A DNA stretch of 64,000 nt from an uncultured delta proteobacterium. GTDB lineage: Bacteria; Desulfobacterota; Binatia; UBA9968. Under the pieces are notes generated by a model. The model was not told the DNA's origin and made no database searches. It was given only the letters and a program-made list of their open reading frames with translations. Both the position numbers and the translations under genes were made by a program. Below are positions 11,092 through 20,993 of this stretch, piece by piece (the stretch's first letter is position 1; every line of letters begins with the position of its first letter). The stretch is from positions 1-64,000 of the forward strand of contig CAWJZV010000008.1 of the NCBI GenBank assembly GCA_963847445.1, written 5' to 3'.

Positions 11092-11107
11092 AGCAACGAT
11101 TATGCCA
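11092..11107 (-). promoter_or_regulatory. Sigma54 -24/-12 promoter upstream of the DUF378 gene
   Basis: Minus strand reads TGGCATAATCGTTGCT (GG-N10-GC). Confidence 0.55.
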
Positions 11108-11284
11108 TGTGGAAAAATGGCCGAGAGGGGCGACAGCGTCGCAGCCCAACAAACTTTGCCGCCTTGCTGTCGCAAGAATGGCACGCTTCCCATGCCCATG
11201 AATCAGTTTCGGGACAGAGTCGGCCGGTGCACTGGCCCGTAGCGAAACTAGAACTAATCTAAAATTGACTGCGCCGGGGCGCGC

Positions 11285-11914
11285 TCACGATACGCTTGGC
11301 GATGAGACTTTAACGGGCGGATGGGGTCTCGGTACGCGTACCGCCGAGATGGACGAAGCGGCAATATAATCGAGCTCGCGCTGTTCGCGCACATGGCGCA
11401 GCAAGAGCCCGCCGCGGCTCATGTCGCCCAATCCGATAAACGCCGCCGGAACGCGCAGCCGCTCGCCGAAGATCGGTAGCAGCAGGTTAAGGTATTTCGT
11501 GCTGGCGATGCTGCCGAGCAGCACCACCTCGCAGGCCGGTCCGATCTGGTCGGCAAAACCTCGGGCTGCCCGGCACAAGGAAGTGCGATAACGCTGATTT
11601 TTGATGCTGATAGGCACTCGGCTAAAACCGCGCAATTGGGCGATGCTTATTGGAGCATCGCAGGGCAACAGCCCGGCGGTCGGAGTGATGATCGCAACTC
11701 CCATATTATGCTCAGGCGGCCGGGCGAAGGTAACCGCATAGGTCAGTTTGCCGCGAAAATATAGCGCGCTAAGAAACTTAAAGACGTCGCCGATGGGCGC
11801 GCCGCCGTCGCTGCGCAGCTGCTGCGCCAGCGCAGACGGGCCATTTTTGCGAACCAACCAGCGCGCCCGGACGCCGTTGCAATTGGCCGGCGATATGAGA
11901 AACACCCGGTTCAC
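11285..11914 (-). CDS. Hypothetical protein, possibly YaaA/DUF6884-like fold, coupled to polX
   Basis: 209 aa; GTG start overlaps the polX stop (GTGA); motifs FLSALYFRGK, IITPTAGLL, VLLGS..KY, GDMSRGGLLLR. Confidence 0.7.
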   Translation of the reverse strand: MNRVFLISPANCNGVRARWLVRKNGPSALAQQLRSDGGAPIGDVFKFLSALYFRGKLTYAVTFARPPEHNMGVAIITPTAGLLPCDAPISIAQLRGFSRVPISIKNQRYRTSLCRAARGFADQIGPACEVVLLGSIASTKYLNLLLPIFGERLRVPAAFIGLGDMSRGGLLLRHVREQRELDYIAASSISAVRVPRPHPPVKVSSPSVS

Positions 11915-13629
11915 GGATGCACCGCCTGGGCGAATGCCGCCGGGTTCAAAGTATTCAAAACGTCGGAGCGCTGTAACCAGCCGCGCCGCGCCATGGCGAC
12001 GCCGAAGTGAAGATTACCCATGCCGCGTGTCGAATGGGCGTCGGTGGAGACAATGAATTTGATGCCGCGTGCGCGTGCGCGGCGAATCCAGTGCGGTTCC
12101 AAGTCGAGTCGATGGGGATCGCCATTGATTTCGATGGCCGCGCGGGACGCCGCCACCGCATCGAGAATTTCTTCGACCCGACATTCGATGGGGGCTCTGG
12201 ACTGAATCAGGCGGCCCAACGGATGGCCCCAGATTTTGAATAGCGGCAGCTGCAGTACTTTCAATAAACGGTCGGTCATTTGCGCCGAGTTCATTTTGTT
12301 GCGGGCGTGGATGCTGGCGATGATCACATCGAAACGCTCGAGAATGTAGTCGGGATAATCGAGCGCGCCGCTTTCGGTGATATCCGATTCGGTTCCTCGG
12401 AGCAGCTTGATGGGGACCCGCTCCTGCACCCTCTCGATCTCTTCCCATTGGGCCAATAGCCGGTCGATCTGCACCCCACGGGCGTAAAATGCCGTGGGCG
12501 AGTGATCGGTAATGGTTAGATACTTCATACCCATCGCCGCCGCGGCCAGCGCCATTTCTTCGACGCTGTTGCTACCGTCGGAATAGTCGGTGTGACAATG
12601 CGTCATGCCCTGAATATCTTCCAGCCGCAGCAGGTCGGGGAGTTGTCCCGCCGCAGCCGCTTCGACTTCGCCGTCGTTTTCGCGCAACTCCGGCGCGATG
12701 TAGGGTAATCCGAGTCGACGATAGATGGCTGTCTCACCGGGCTCGGCATCCGCTGCGATTTCGCGCGGATTCCCGGCGTCCGGCTGATCGGCGACGGTAT
12801 TTTCGGTCCGCGCCGCCAGTTGCGCCAAGCTGTCAAGGTGCGCGCGCGAACCGGTGCAGCGATGCAGCGTGGCGATATAGCTTTGCGGCTCGGCAATAAT
12901 CAGTTGCGCTTTCATGCCGTCAGCCAATTGCGCCAGACATTCGCGCTCGGTCAATTCGAGGGTGGTGCGCATCGCCGGAAAGCGCAAAAAGCGGTCCATA
13001 ATCGCCTTGGGTTGATCGGTGCCGGCAACGATTACCAATTGGCGCACGGTTTCCCGGCGCCGCCGCAGCCCGCCGGCGGCGGCCGCGGCTATCAACTCAG
13101 GCGCCGCGCGCAGGTGCGCCAACAACTGTTCCGTCGCGCCCAGGGCATGATGCAGCAAAAACCGTTCACTGGGCTGCGCCAGCTTATCAATATCGACGAG
13201 CAGTTTGGCTTCGGATTTTTTGCCGAAACCTTTGACGTTTCGCACCAACCCCTCCTGGCAGGCGGTTTTCAAAGCGTCGACGCTCTCGATCGCGAGCTGG
13301 TCATGGAGTGCAGCGATTTTTTTCAGGCTCAATCCCGGCACCCGGCTGAGTTCCACGGCGCCGGGTGGCAACTGCTCGCGCAATTGCTGCAACAGGTAGC
13401 TCTCACCGGTCTGGTAAACTTCTTCGATGACGGCAGCGAGCGCTGCACCGATGCCGGAGATCGCCGTTAGCCGTTGGGCGCGCACCAATGCGTCGAAATC
13501 CTCGGCGAGATTTTCCAATGCGTGGGCGCCGCGCTCGTAAGCCTGGGCCTTGAACGGATTTTCGCCTTTCAAGGCCAAGAGCTGGCCGATGGCGCGCAAC
13601 TGATTAGCGACGTAAAAACGATCCGGCAT
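11911..13629 (-). CDS. polX: DNA polymerase X family / PHP protein with degenerate polymerase active site
   Basis: GENPFK, HhH motifs, TGSRAH, APELRE; intact PHP motifs HCHTDYSDG, TDHS, GHP, STDAH; the DxD motif reads QLV. Confidence 0.9.
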   Translation of the reverse strand: MPDRFYVANQLRAIGQLLALKGENPFKAQAYERGAHALENLAEDFDALVRAQRLTAISGIGAALAAVIEEVYQTGESYLLQQLREQLPPGAVELSRVPGLSLKKIAALHDQLAIESVDALKTACQEGLVRNVKGFGKKSEAKLLVDIDKLAQPSERFLLHHALGATEQLLAHLRAAPELIAAAAAGGLRRRRETVRQLVIVAGTDQPKAIMDRFLRFPAMRTTLELTERECLAQLADGMKAQLIIAEPQSYIATLHRCTGSRAHLDSLAQLAARTENTVADQPDAGNPREIAADAEPGETAIYRRLGLPYIAPELRENDGEVEAAAAGQLPDLLRLEDIQGMTHCHTDYSDGSNSVEEMALAAAAMGMKYLTITDHSPTAFYARGVQIDRLLAQWEEIERVQERVPIKLLRGTESDITESGALDYPDYILERFDVIIASIHARNKMNSAQMTDRLLKVLQLPLFKIWGHPLGRLIQSRAPIECRVEEILDAVAASRAAIEINGDPHRLDLEPHWIRRARARGIKFIVSTDAHSTRGMGNLHFGVAMARRGWLQRSDVLNTLNPAAFAQAVHP

Positions 13630-13638
13630 AAATCGGCA

Positions 13639-14191
13639 TCAGTTGCTGAAGTTGGCGAGCCGGCTCACTAGCCAAACCACTCCCGCCAGAATGGCAAAAA
13701 TAATGATCAGCAGTGCGGCAATCAGAGCGATGACAAACGACCAGTCGCCTGCTGTCGAGGCGCGCCGTGGAGCGCCGGCGTAGCGTTCCAGTAGCTGGAC
13801 GTTTTTAACGTTGCTGCGAAACCAGATCGAAAAAATATCGCCGAAGATCGGAATCGCGCCGATCATGGCGTTGATCGCGATGTTCAGCCCCATGCGCAAC
13901 AAGACGATCTTGGGTATGTTAAACTGCGCCGCAATAAACAGAATCGCCGAACCGGTCAAATTGGCCAACAAGTCGCCGACCCCGGGCACCAGGCCGAGAA
14001 TCGGGTCCAATCCGATGCGGATCGACGTGCCGGGAATGGTAAATCGCCGATCCAGCAGCTCGGCCAGGTAGCGGGCGATCCGCAGCCGCTGCGCGGCCAG
14101 GTCGCTTGCAGCTGTGGGCAGGTAACTTGCTGGGCTCGTTTATCGGGTCAGCAGCTGCTCTCCGGTAATTTCCGGTTCGCTGTTTTTCCAT
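13639..14191 (-). CDS. DUF4112 membrane protein, frameshifted near 14085
   Basis: RFTIPGTSIRIGLDPILGLVPGVGD, IGAIPIFGDIFSIWFRSN. Confidence 0.8.
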
Positions 14192-14642
14192 TTTGCGTAT
14201 TCCTCCGCGGTCGCTTCGCGTCAGGGCGGGAAAATTGTCCAGTCAGTTTCTCGCCGTGAGATGCATCGTTGACCGTGACGACAACATAGCTGCCACCCTG
14301 CGCGGTTGGTCTTTTTCTTCATACTTCGCGCCGGCTGATGATTTGTCGTCGCCCTCAAACCCGTGGGCTTGGCAGCTATTTGCGCGGCGGTTTCGCGATG
14401 GCGTCATATCGGCATCGTGCGGATTCTCGTCGAGCGCTATGAATCATTCTTTGCTCTACTAACTATGATTAGCGTACCTCTGAATAATCCTGGTTCAACC
14501 CCAAATCTTTTGTAATGGCAGCCGCGCGTTGCGCGCTTTTAGATTGACAGAAAGTGAGCCATCGCATAGGTTCGCTACGGGACTGATCCAAAACTGCACA
14601 CGCGCAGAGGTAACGCTAGGCCTGCGGCCTCTAGGAGGAACA

Positions 14643-16319
14643 ATGGCATACGATCTAGTTATCAAGAACGGCAAGGTGATTGACGGTTCCGGGCTGCCGG
14701 GCTTTCATGGCGACGTCGCGGTTAGCGGCGGGCGGATCGTCGAGATCGGCAAAGTGAATGGCGCGGCGCGCCAAACCCTCAACGCCGATGGCTTGGTGGT
14801 GGCGCCCGGCATCATCGATAACCACACGCACTATGATGCCCAGGTCACCTGGGATCCGCTGTGCACTTATTCTTGCTATCACGGCATTACCACGGTGGTG
14901 ATGGGCAACTGCTCGCTGGCGATGGCGCCGGCGCATCGGGAAGATCGCGCGATGCTGGCGAATGTCTTGTCCCATGTCGAAGCGATTCCGTTGGAAGCGA
15001 TCGAGGCCGGGGTCAACTGGTCTTGGGAAACCATTCCGGAATATTTGAATGCTCTGGACCAAAAGCTCGGCATCAACGTCGCTGCGCTGATCGGCCACTC
15101 GGCGGTGCGCCGTTATGTGATGGGCGAAGCGTCGCAGGAGCGCCATGCCACCGATGAAGAAGTGACGGCGATGAAGGCGATCGTGCGCGAGGGATTGGAA
15201 GCCGGCGCTGTCGGCGTTTCCTTCGAGCGCAACCTGCGCCACTTCGATTGGAACGGCCGGTTGGCGCCGACCAATCTCGCTTCTGAAGAAGAGATTTTCG
15301 CCGTCGCCGGCGTGGCGGATGAGATCGGCCGCGGGGTGATCCAGTTTGGCGGCGACCGAGCGATCAGCACGAGGCTGGCCAAGGCCAGCCGGCGGCCGGT
15401 TTTCTACGGCAACATCACGCAGCAGGCGGTGGCGCCGGACAAATGGCGCAAACAGTTGACCGAAGCGGAAAATTTAATGCGCCAGGGCCATCGCGGCTAT
15501 CAATTCGTCATGCCGCGGCCCGGCGATCTGCGTTATACGCTCAAAACCGCGCAACACTTCGACGCCATGGCGACCTGGAAAAATGTCATGTTGTTGCCGC
15601 TCGAACAACGCAAAGAAGTCTTCCGCGACCCGGCGACCCGCGCCAAGCTGCATTTTGAAGCGGTCGAGTCGCCCCTCGATCCCGATCGCGCCGGCGACTT
15701 TACCCGCCGCTGGGATTTACAATTTGTCTTCAAACCGGCGCTGGCGAAGAACCAACATCTTACCGGCAAGAGCGTGGCCGAGATTGCCGGTGAACTGAAC
15801 AAGGACGTGCTCGATACCTTCCTCGACCTGGCGCTGGAAGAAAATCTCGAAACCGAGTTCGAACGGCGCGAAGTCAACAGCGACCAAGCGGCCATGACCG
15901 CACTGCTCACCAGTCCGTACACCGTCATCGGCCAGTCGGACGGCGGCGCTCACGTGGTTTTTCGCACTGACTATAGCTACTCGACTTACTTGCTGTCGCA
16001 CTGGGTGCGCGAGAAGGAAATCATGTCGCTGGAGGAGGCGATCCGCAAGCTCACCTTCGTGCCGGCGTCGCTCTTCGGATTCTCCGACCGCGGGCTTGTG
16101 CGGCCGGGCATGGCCGCCGACTTGATGGTCTTCGATCCGACGACCATCAGTCCATTGGAGCCAGGCGTAGCGCAGGATCTGCCGGGCGGAGCCAAGCGCC
16201 GCAAACAGCTCGCTCAGGGCATCGAGTGGACCTTGGTCAATGGCCAAGTCCTGATGGAACATGGCCAACATACCGGCGCTTATCCGGGCAAAGTGGCGCG
16301 CAGCGCTGCGGCGCAATAA
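14643..16319 (+). CDS. N-acyl-D-amino-acid deacylase family amidohydrolase
   Basis: AGGAGG RBS; MAYDLVIKNG, PGIIDNHTHYD, GNC, SDGGAH, DRG..G.AADL. Confidence 0.88.
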   Translation: MAYDLVIKNGKVIDGSGLPGFHGDVAVSGGRIVEIGKVNGAARQTLNADGLVVAPGIIDNHTHYDAQVTWDPLCTYSCYHGITTVVMGNCSLAMAPAHREDRAMLANVLSHVEAIPLEAIEAGVNWSWETIPEYLNALDQKLGINVAALIGHSAVRRYVMGEASQERHATDEEVTAMKAIVREGLEAGAVGVSFERNLRHFDWNGRLAPTNLASEEEIFAVAGVADEIGRGVIQFGGDRAISTRLAKASRRPVFYGNITQQAVAPDKWRKQLTEAENLMRQGHRGYQFVMPRPGDLRYTLKTAQHFDAMATWKNVMLLPLEQRKEVFRDPATRAKLHFEAVESPLDPDRAGDFTRRWDLQFVFKPALAKNQHLTGKSVAEIAGELNKDVLDTFLDLALEENLETEFERREVNSDQAAMTALLTSPYTVIGQSDGGAHVVFRTDYSYSTYLLSHWVREKEIMSLEEAIRKLTFVPASLFGFSDRGLVRPGMAADLMVFDPTTISPLEPGVAQDLPGGAKRRKQLAQGIEWTLVNGQVLMEHGQHTGAYPGKVARSAAAQ

Positions 16320-16394
16320 GCGCCGTGGGTAGCTGGTCGCCGCTGATCCCGGTCCCGATTCTGTGATGGCCGGTAGTGAGTCTAAGGGCAGCCG

Positions 16395-17234
16395 ATGGCG
16401 GATGAAAAAGAACGAATCGCTTCGTTGCTCGTGAAGGCCAGAGCAGACTTGGACGATGCGTTGTTCGAGATGGAGAAATTACCGGCGGTCAGTCAGAGCG
16501 CGGTCAATTTCGCGGCGCACACATTAGGCAACTTCCTTTCCGTCACAGGCGGAACCGCGGAATTATTGCAGCTGGAATTGGCGGATCACCCGGACCCGCA
16601 AGTTCACAAGTGGCTCGATGCCTTGATCCGCGCCACTGAACTCATGACGCACACCGTGGGCCAGCTCATGAACACCGCCGCCGGCAGCGAAGCTCAACTG
16701 CGCTTCGAGAAATTGGACTTGCGCAGGTTGGTGCGCCAGTCGTGCAGCGGTTATCAAAGAGCTGCCGACCGCAAACAAATCCAACTGATTATCGGCGCCG
16801 CTGCCAGCGTCGACGTCCCGCAAGTATGGACGGATCCGGTAGCGCTCGCCTCGGTACTCGACAATCTGCTTGCCAATGCCGTCAAATATTCATTCCCCGG
16901 CAAACGCATCTGGCTGAATATTTTCGCCGATGAAGCTGGGGTAGTCTGCCGCGTGCGCGATGAAGGACCGGGCTTGAGTGCCGAAGACCAAACCAGGCTG
17001 TTTGAGCGCGGCGTTAGACTCACCCCCCGTCCCACGGCCGGCGAGGTTTCGACGGGCTACGGCCTGGCGGTGGCCAAGGAGTGGATCGAAAAATTAGCCG
17101 GAACTATCTGGTGTGAGAGCCAACTGGGGCGAGGAAGCTGTTTCTTTCTTCGCGTACCGGCCTACCGGCAAGACCTGCACGGTACGGATCCCATTGCTCG
17201 AAGCGGCTACTGGGGCAGTGCTCGACCGGCATGA
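16395..17234 (+). CDS. Soluble histidine kinase (DHp plus HATPase) with no sensor domain
   Basis: AAHTLGN H-box, DNLLANAVKYS N-box, DEGPG G1, GYGL G2. Confidence 0.8.
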   Translation: MADEKERIASLLVKARADLDDALFEMEKLPAVSQSAVNFAAHTLGNFLSVTGGTAELLQLELADHPDPQVHKWLDALIRATELMTHTVGQLMNTAAGSEAQLRFEKLDLRRLVRQSCSGYQRAADRKQIQLIIGAAASVDVPQVWTDPVALASVLDNLLANAVKYSFPGKRIWLNIFADEAGVVCRVRDEGPGLSAEDQTRLFERGVRLTPRPTAGEVSTGYGLAVAKEWIEKLAGTIWCESQLGRGSCFFLRVPAYRQDLHGTDPIARSGYWGSARPA

Positions 17235-17313
17235 GCTGACGCCTCACACATGACGCTGCAGCGAACTTGGCGGTCCATCGCTGCCTGAAAAACTTCTGCG
17301 CTGCTACCTTTTC

Positions 17314-19020
17314 TTACCCGAGCGAGACGATCACCGGCTGCTTGCGAATCTTGTATTTGCCGACCTGCTTCATCACCAGCGGCACCAGGGCTCCGGGGAC
17401 ATCGACGAAGGATTTTTGGCCTTCGATGTGGATCTTGCCGATGGCGTTGCCGGGGATATCGGCGTGATAAGCGATGGTGCCGACCAGGTCGCTCGGGCCG
17501 ATGCCATGTTCCTTGCCGACGTTCAGCGTCAATCTTACCATCCCAGATTCGTGAGCATCTTTGCCGCCGCGCTGCGCCGGCGTGCGCTTGGCTGACTCGC
17601 GCGAGTAAGCCGGCGCGGCCGACGCCCGGCCGCGCTGCTCGGTGCGGTAACTGCCGCGCCGTGGTTCGCGTGGAAAACGATTGTTCGGCGCTTCCCGTCG
17701 CTCTTCTACTTCGGCCACCGGGGCGAGGGTGCGTTGCTTCTCGTCGCCGCGCGCGAGTTTCAATGCGGCGGCAGCGACGTCCAACGGGTCATGGCCCTGG
17801 GCCACCAACGCGTCGACGATGGTGCGTTCACGGTTGATCCGGCCGCGCTTGAGCCAGAGCGTGACTTGCTCGGACAGCTGCACGCTGCGCCGTTTCATGA
17901 TGTCTTCGACGCTCGGCAAGGTGGCGCGGAGAAATGTCTGCCGGGTAAACGCTTCGATGCGGCGCAGATGGGCGTGCTCGGCCGGCGCGATCAAGGAGAC
18001 GGCGATGCCGGTTTTGCTGGCGCGGCCGGTGCGGCCGATGCGATGGACGTAGACTTCCACTTCGCTGGGCAGATCGTAATTAAACACATGGGTGATGTCG
18101 TCAATGTCGAGACCGCGCGCGGCGACGTCGGTGGCGACCAGAATCTGAATTTTATCGTTGCGAAAGCGATTCAAGACGCGCTCGCGGGCTTCCTGGGTGA
18201 GATCGCCGTTCAAAGTTTCGGCGGGAAATCCTTGCTGGGTGAGCGCCGCGGCCAATTCGGCGGTGCCGATGCGCGTGCGCGCGAAGATCAACGCGCGCTT
18301 GACGTCTTCGTTCTCTAAAATTCGTGTGAGGGCGGCGATCTTGTCGGACGGCCGCACCAGATAATAGCGTTGCTCGATGGCCAGCGCGGTGACTTGATTG
18401 CGTTGAATGGTCACCGACTGCGGCGCGCGCATATATTTATCGGCGAGGCGGCGGATCGGCGGCGGCATGGTCGCCGAAAACAGCGCGGTCTGACGCGCCG
18501 CCGGCGTCTTCGCCAAAATCGCTTCGACATCGTCGATGAACCCCATCTTGAGCATCTCATCCGCTTCGTCGAGCACCACCGTCTGAATGGCGCTGAAATC
18601 GAGCAACTTGCGATCCAGCAAATCGAGCAAACGCCCAGGCGTGCCGACGACGATATCGACGCCGCGGCGCAGTTGCATGACCTGCTGGCCATAACCCTGG
18701 CCGCCATAGACCGCCAGCACCTTGACGCCCAAGTGGCGTCCGTAACCTTGCATGGCTTCGGCGACTTGCAAGGCCAACTCACGGGTGGGCGCGAGCACCA
18801 AGGCTTGCGGGCTCTTGCGCGGTTGATAGTTGTTGAGAATCGGCAGGGCGAAGGCGGCGGTTTTGCCGGTGCCGGTCTGGGCTTGGCCGATGACGTCGAC
18901 GCCGGTGAGCATGAGCGGAATCATGCCCGATTGAATCGCCGTTGGCGTCGTGTAGCCGAGCTCGGTCAACGCTTTTAGCAATGACCCATGGAGATTGAAT
19001 TGGGCAAACTCTGCGGTCAT
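17314..19020 (-). CDS. deaD: DEAD-box RNA helicase, DeaD/CsdA type, with DbpA RNA-binding domain
   Basis: AQTGTGKT, PTRELA, TPGR, DEAD, SAT, ARGLD, HRIGRTGR; C-terminal IGKIHI...SFVDVP. Confidence 0.9.
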   Translation of the reverse strand: MTAEFAQFNLHGSLLKALTELGYTTPTAIQSGMIPLMLTGVDVIGQAQTGTGKTAAFALPILNNYQPRKSPQALVLAPTRELALQVAEAMQGYGRHLGVKVLAVYGGQGYGQQVMQLRRGVDIVVGTPGRLLDLLDRKLLDFSAIQTVVLDEADEMLKMGFIDDVEAILAKTPAARQTALFSATMPPPIRRLADKYMRAPQSVTIQRNQVTALAIEQRYYLVRPSDKIAALTRILENEDVKRALIFARTRIGTAELAAALTQQGFPAETLNGDLTQEARERVLNRFRNDKIQILVATDVAARGLDIDDITHVFNYDLPSEVEVYVHRIGRTGRASKTGIAVSLIAPAEHAHLRRIEAFTRQTFLRATLPSVEDIMKRRSVQLSEQVTLWLKRGRINRERTIVDALVAQGHDPLDVAAAALKLARGDEKQRTLAPVAEVEERREAPNNRFPREPRRGSYRTEQRGRASAAPAYSRESAKRTPAQRGGKDAHESGMVRLTLNVGKEHGIGPSDLVGTIAYHADIPGNAIGKIHIEGQKSFVDVPGALVPLVMKQVGKYKIRKQPVIVSLG

Positions 19021-19355
19021 GAGAGGCTCCTTCAGATACTTATGTGTAGACGTTCATTTTGCTGCAACGTCTCTGCAGATACCGTTGTGGTTCAACAATC
19101 GGACCCATCACATAAGCACGAGCCGCTCTGTTGCATCTAAACGTCCGACCCATGGGGCGGACACATTGGGCGATACCAAGCCCTGACGATTTGCCACTTT
19201 CGGAAGGTGAAGCACCGTAGCATATTAAATACTCAACTTCGACCAGGGCAGATTTGTCGTGGACGGCGAGTGCCACAACGTAAATGTCGGGGAAGGGCCT
19301 TGTCGAGTTTGTCGTGCCGCCTTGTGTTGTCACCCGTGGGGGACTAAAGTGCCTT

Positions 19356-19550
19356 ATGGCTAGAATCACAGTGGAAGATTGTTTAGAAAAAATTCCCAGT
19401 CGCTTTATCCTTGTACAGCTCGCCTCGAAACGAGCCAGGCAGCTTCTCAAAGGCGCCAAACCGCTCATCGAATCGGACAACCGAGAGATCGTCATCGCTC
19501 TGCGCGAGATCGCCGACGGCAAAGTCCGCTGGGCGACGCCTAAGACCTAA
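19356..19550 (+). CDS. rpoZ: RNA polymerase omega subunit
   Basis: [32 protein letters not shown]. Confidence 0.95.
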   Translation: MARITVEDCLEKIPSRFILVQLASKRARQLLKGAKPLIESDNREIVIALREIADGKVRWATPKT

Positions 19551-19662
19551 CGCATTGACGCAATCGCCTCACTCGTATCTTCAAAAATAGTTTCGGCAAT
19601 CGATTGGCGCCCCACGCCGTTCTAAGGCCGTCGCATTGTTTCGCGTGACTCTGGCCGCGCGC

Positions 19663-19810
19663 TCAATCTGCTGCCGAATCCTTATGGGTGCGTAAGAAAT
19701 TCTCCCAAGCTGAACGCGACGGCGCGATTTTTTCTTGCAGCTTCTGCTTGCCGCTTTCTCGGAATTGCGTGAAGTTCATGACGGCTTGGACGTCTTGTTC
19801 GAGCTCACTT
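19663..19810 (-). pseudogene. Diverged duplicate of the 3' end of the aldo/keto reductase gene
   Basis: Translates as ELEQDVQAVMNFTQFRESGKQKLQEKIAPSRSAWENFLRTHKDSAAD*, versus LEQNIQAAMNFTPMGESGKQKLQEKVAPSRSAWENFLRTHEDTIPV* in the intact gene; in-frame stop just upstream. Confidence 0.85.
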
Positions 19811-19909
19811 GCAACGGCAATTTTGACCTGGCCAAAGTAAGGTCACCGCTGCTTCACGACTTCGAGAGGTTGACGACGCTGGGCCGTCCTGTGGTAAGCG
19901 TTAAAGCAA

Positions 19910-20908
19910 ATGAAATTGCCGAGGTCATTAAGGCGCGCGCCGTTGCCAAACCTGCCGCCGTGGCTGATCGCTGTATTGCTGTTCCTTGCGCCCGGCAACC
20001 TCGCCGCGGCCGACGGCAGCGCGCCGGAGCGCCTGCGCATTCTCTACGCCTCGACGGCGACTTCTTTCGCGCCGATCTGGATCGCCAGCGATCTGGGAAT
20101 CTATCGGAAGCATGGACTGGACGCCGAAGCGGTGCTGCTCGGCGGCGGGCCGTTGATCGGCTCGGTGCTGCTGTCCAATTCCGCCGACGTGGGCGTCGGC
20201 GTCGGCGAGACGCCGATACGGGTTGCCTTGCAGGGCGGTGACATGAAGATATTCGCGCTGCAGAAACACGCGCGCATTCTGAGCATCGTCAGCAAAGCTA
20301 CGCTCCAAGACATCGGCCAGATCAAAGTGCTGGGCATCCAAAGTCTGGGCAGCAGCACGCACAACTACTGGCTATGGTATGCGCGGCAAAAGAAGCTTCC
20401 TGAGTCGCAGGTGCAGTTCGTCCACACCAACTCGTCGGCGGAAAACTATCTGGCGCTCAAAAGCGGCCGGGTCGACGCCGCGGTCTTCGGTCCGCCCTTC
20501 GATGTGCAGGCGCAGCAAGAAGGGTTTCGACTGCTGGTGGAGGGGATGAAGAATCCGCAGCCGTTTCCGGCTACCTGTTACTTCGCCACGGCGGGATTTT
20601 TGACTAAGCGGCCGGAAGCTGCCCGACGGTTCGTCGAAGCGATGAAGGAGGCGGTGCAGCTGTTTCACGAGGACAAAGCGACGGCTCTGAAAGTCATCGA
20701 GCGGCGGTTGCGGCTGCAAAACCGCGCGGTGCTCGAGCGGTCCTATGAATTCGAGCGTATTTTCATGCGCCGCGATTTGTCGCTGCAATATGATGTTATC
20801 GAAAATGCCCTGGCGGAGACCAAACGGCTGCTCGGCGCCGACGCGAAGCGGCCCGAATACACCGTCGACGACGTGATCGACAGGAGTTTTGTTGCCGTGG
20901 CGCGCTAA
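19910..20908 (+). CDS. ABC substrate-binding protein, NMT1/SsuA-like
   Basis: Signal peptide; GIYRKHGLD, ALKSGRVDAA, RFVEAM. Confidence 0.8.
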   Translation: MKLPRSLRRAPLPNLPPWLIAVLLFLAPGNLAAADGSAPERLRILYASTATSFAPIWIASDLGIYRKHGLDAEAVLLGGGPLIGSVLLSNSADVGVGVGETPIRVALQGGDMKIFALQKHARILSIVSKATLQDIGQIKVLGIQSLGSSTHNYWLWYARQKKLPESQVQFVHTNSSAENYLALKSGRVDAAVFGPPFDVQAQQEGFRLLVEGMKNPQPFPATCYFATAGFLTKRPEAARRFVEAMKEAVQLFHEDKATALKVIERRLRLQNRAVLERSYEFERIFMRRDLSLQYDVIENALAETKRLLGADAKRPEYTVDDVIDRSFVAVAR

Positions 20909-20993
20909 AGCCTACTCGAGTTCTAGTTCAGACGGGCCCGGTCGCGCAACGGTGCATCCGCTTTAACGACTTCGGTTTGACCGACTCGATCCT

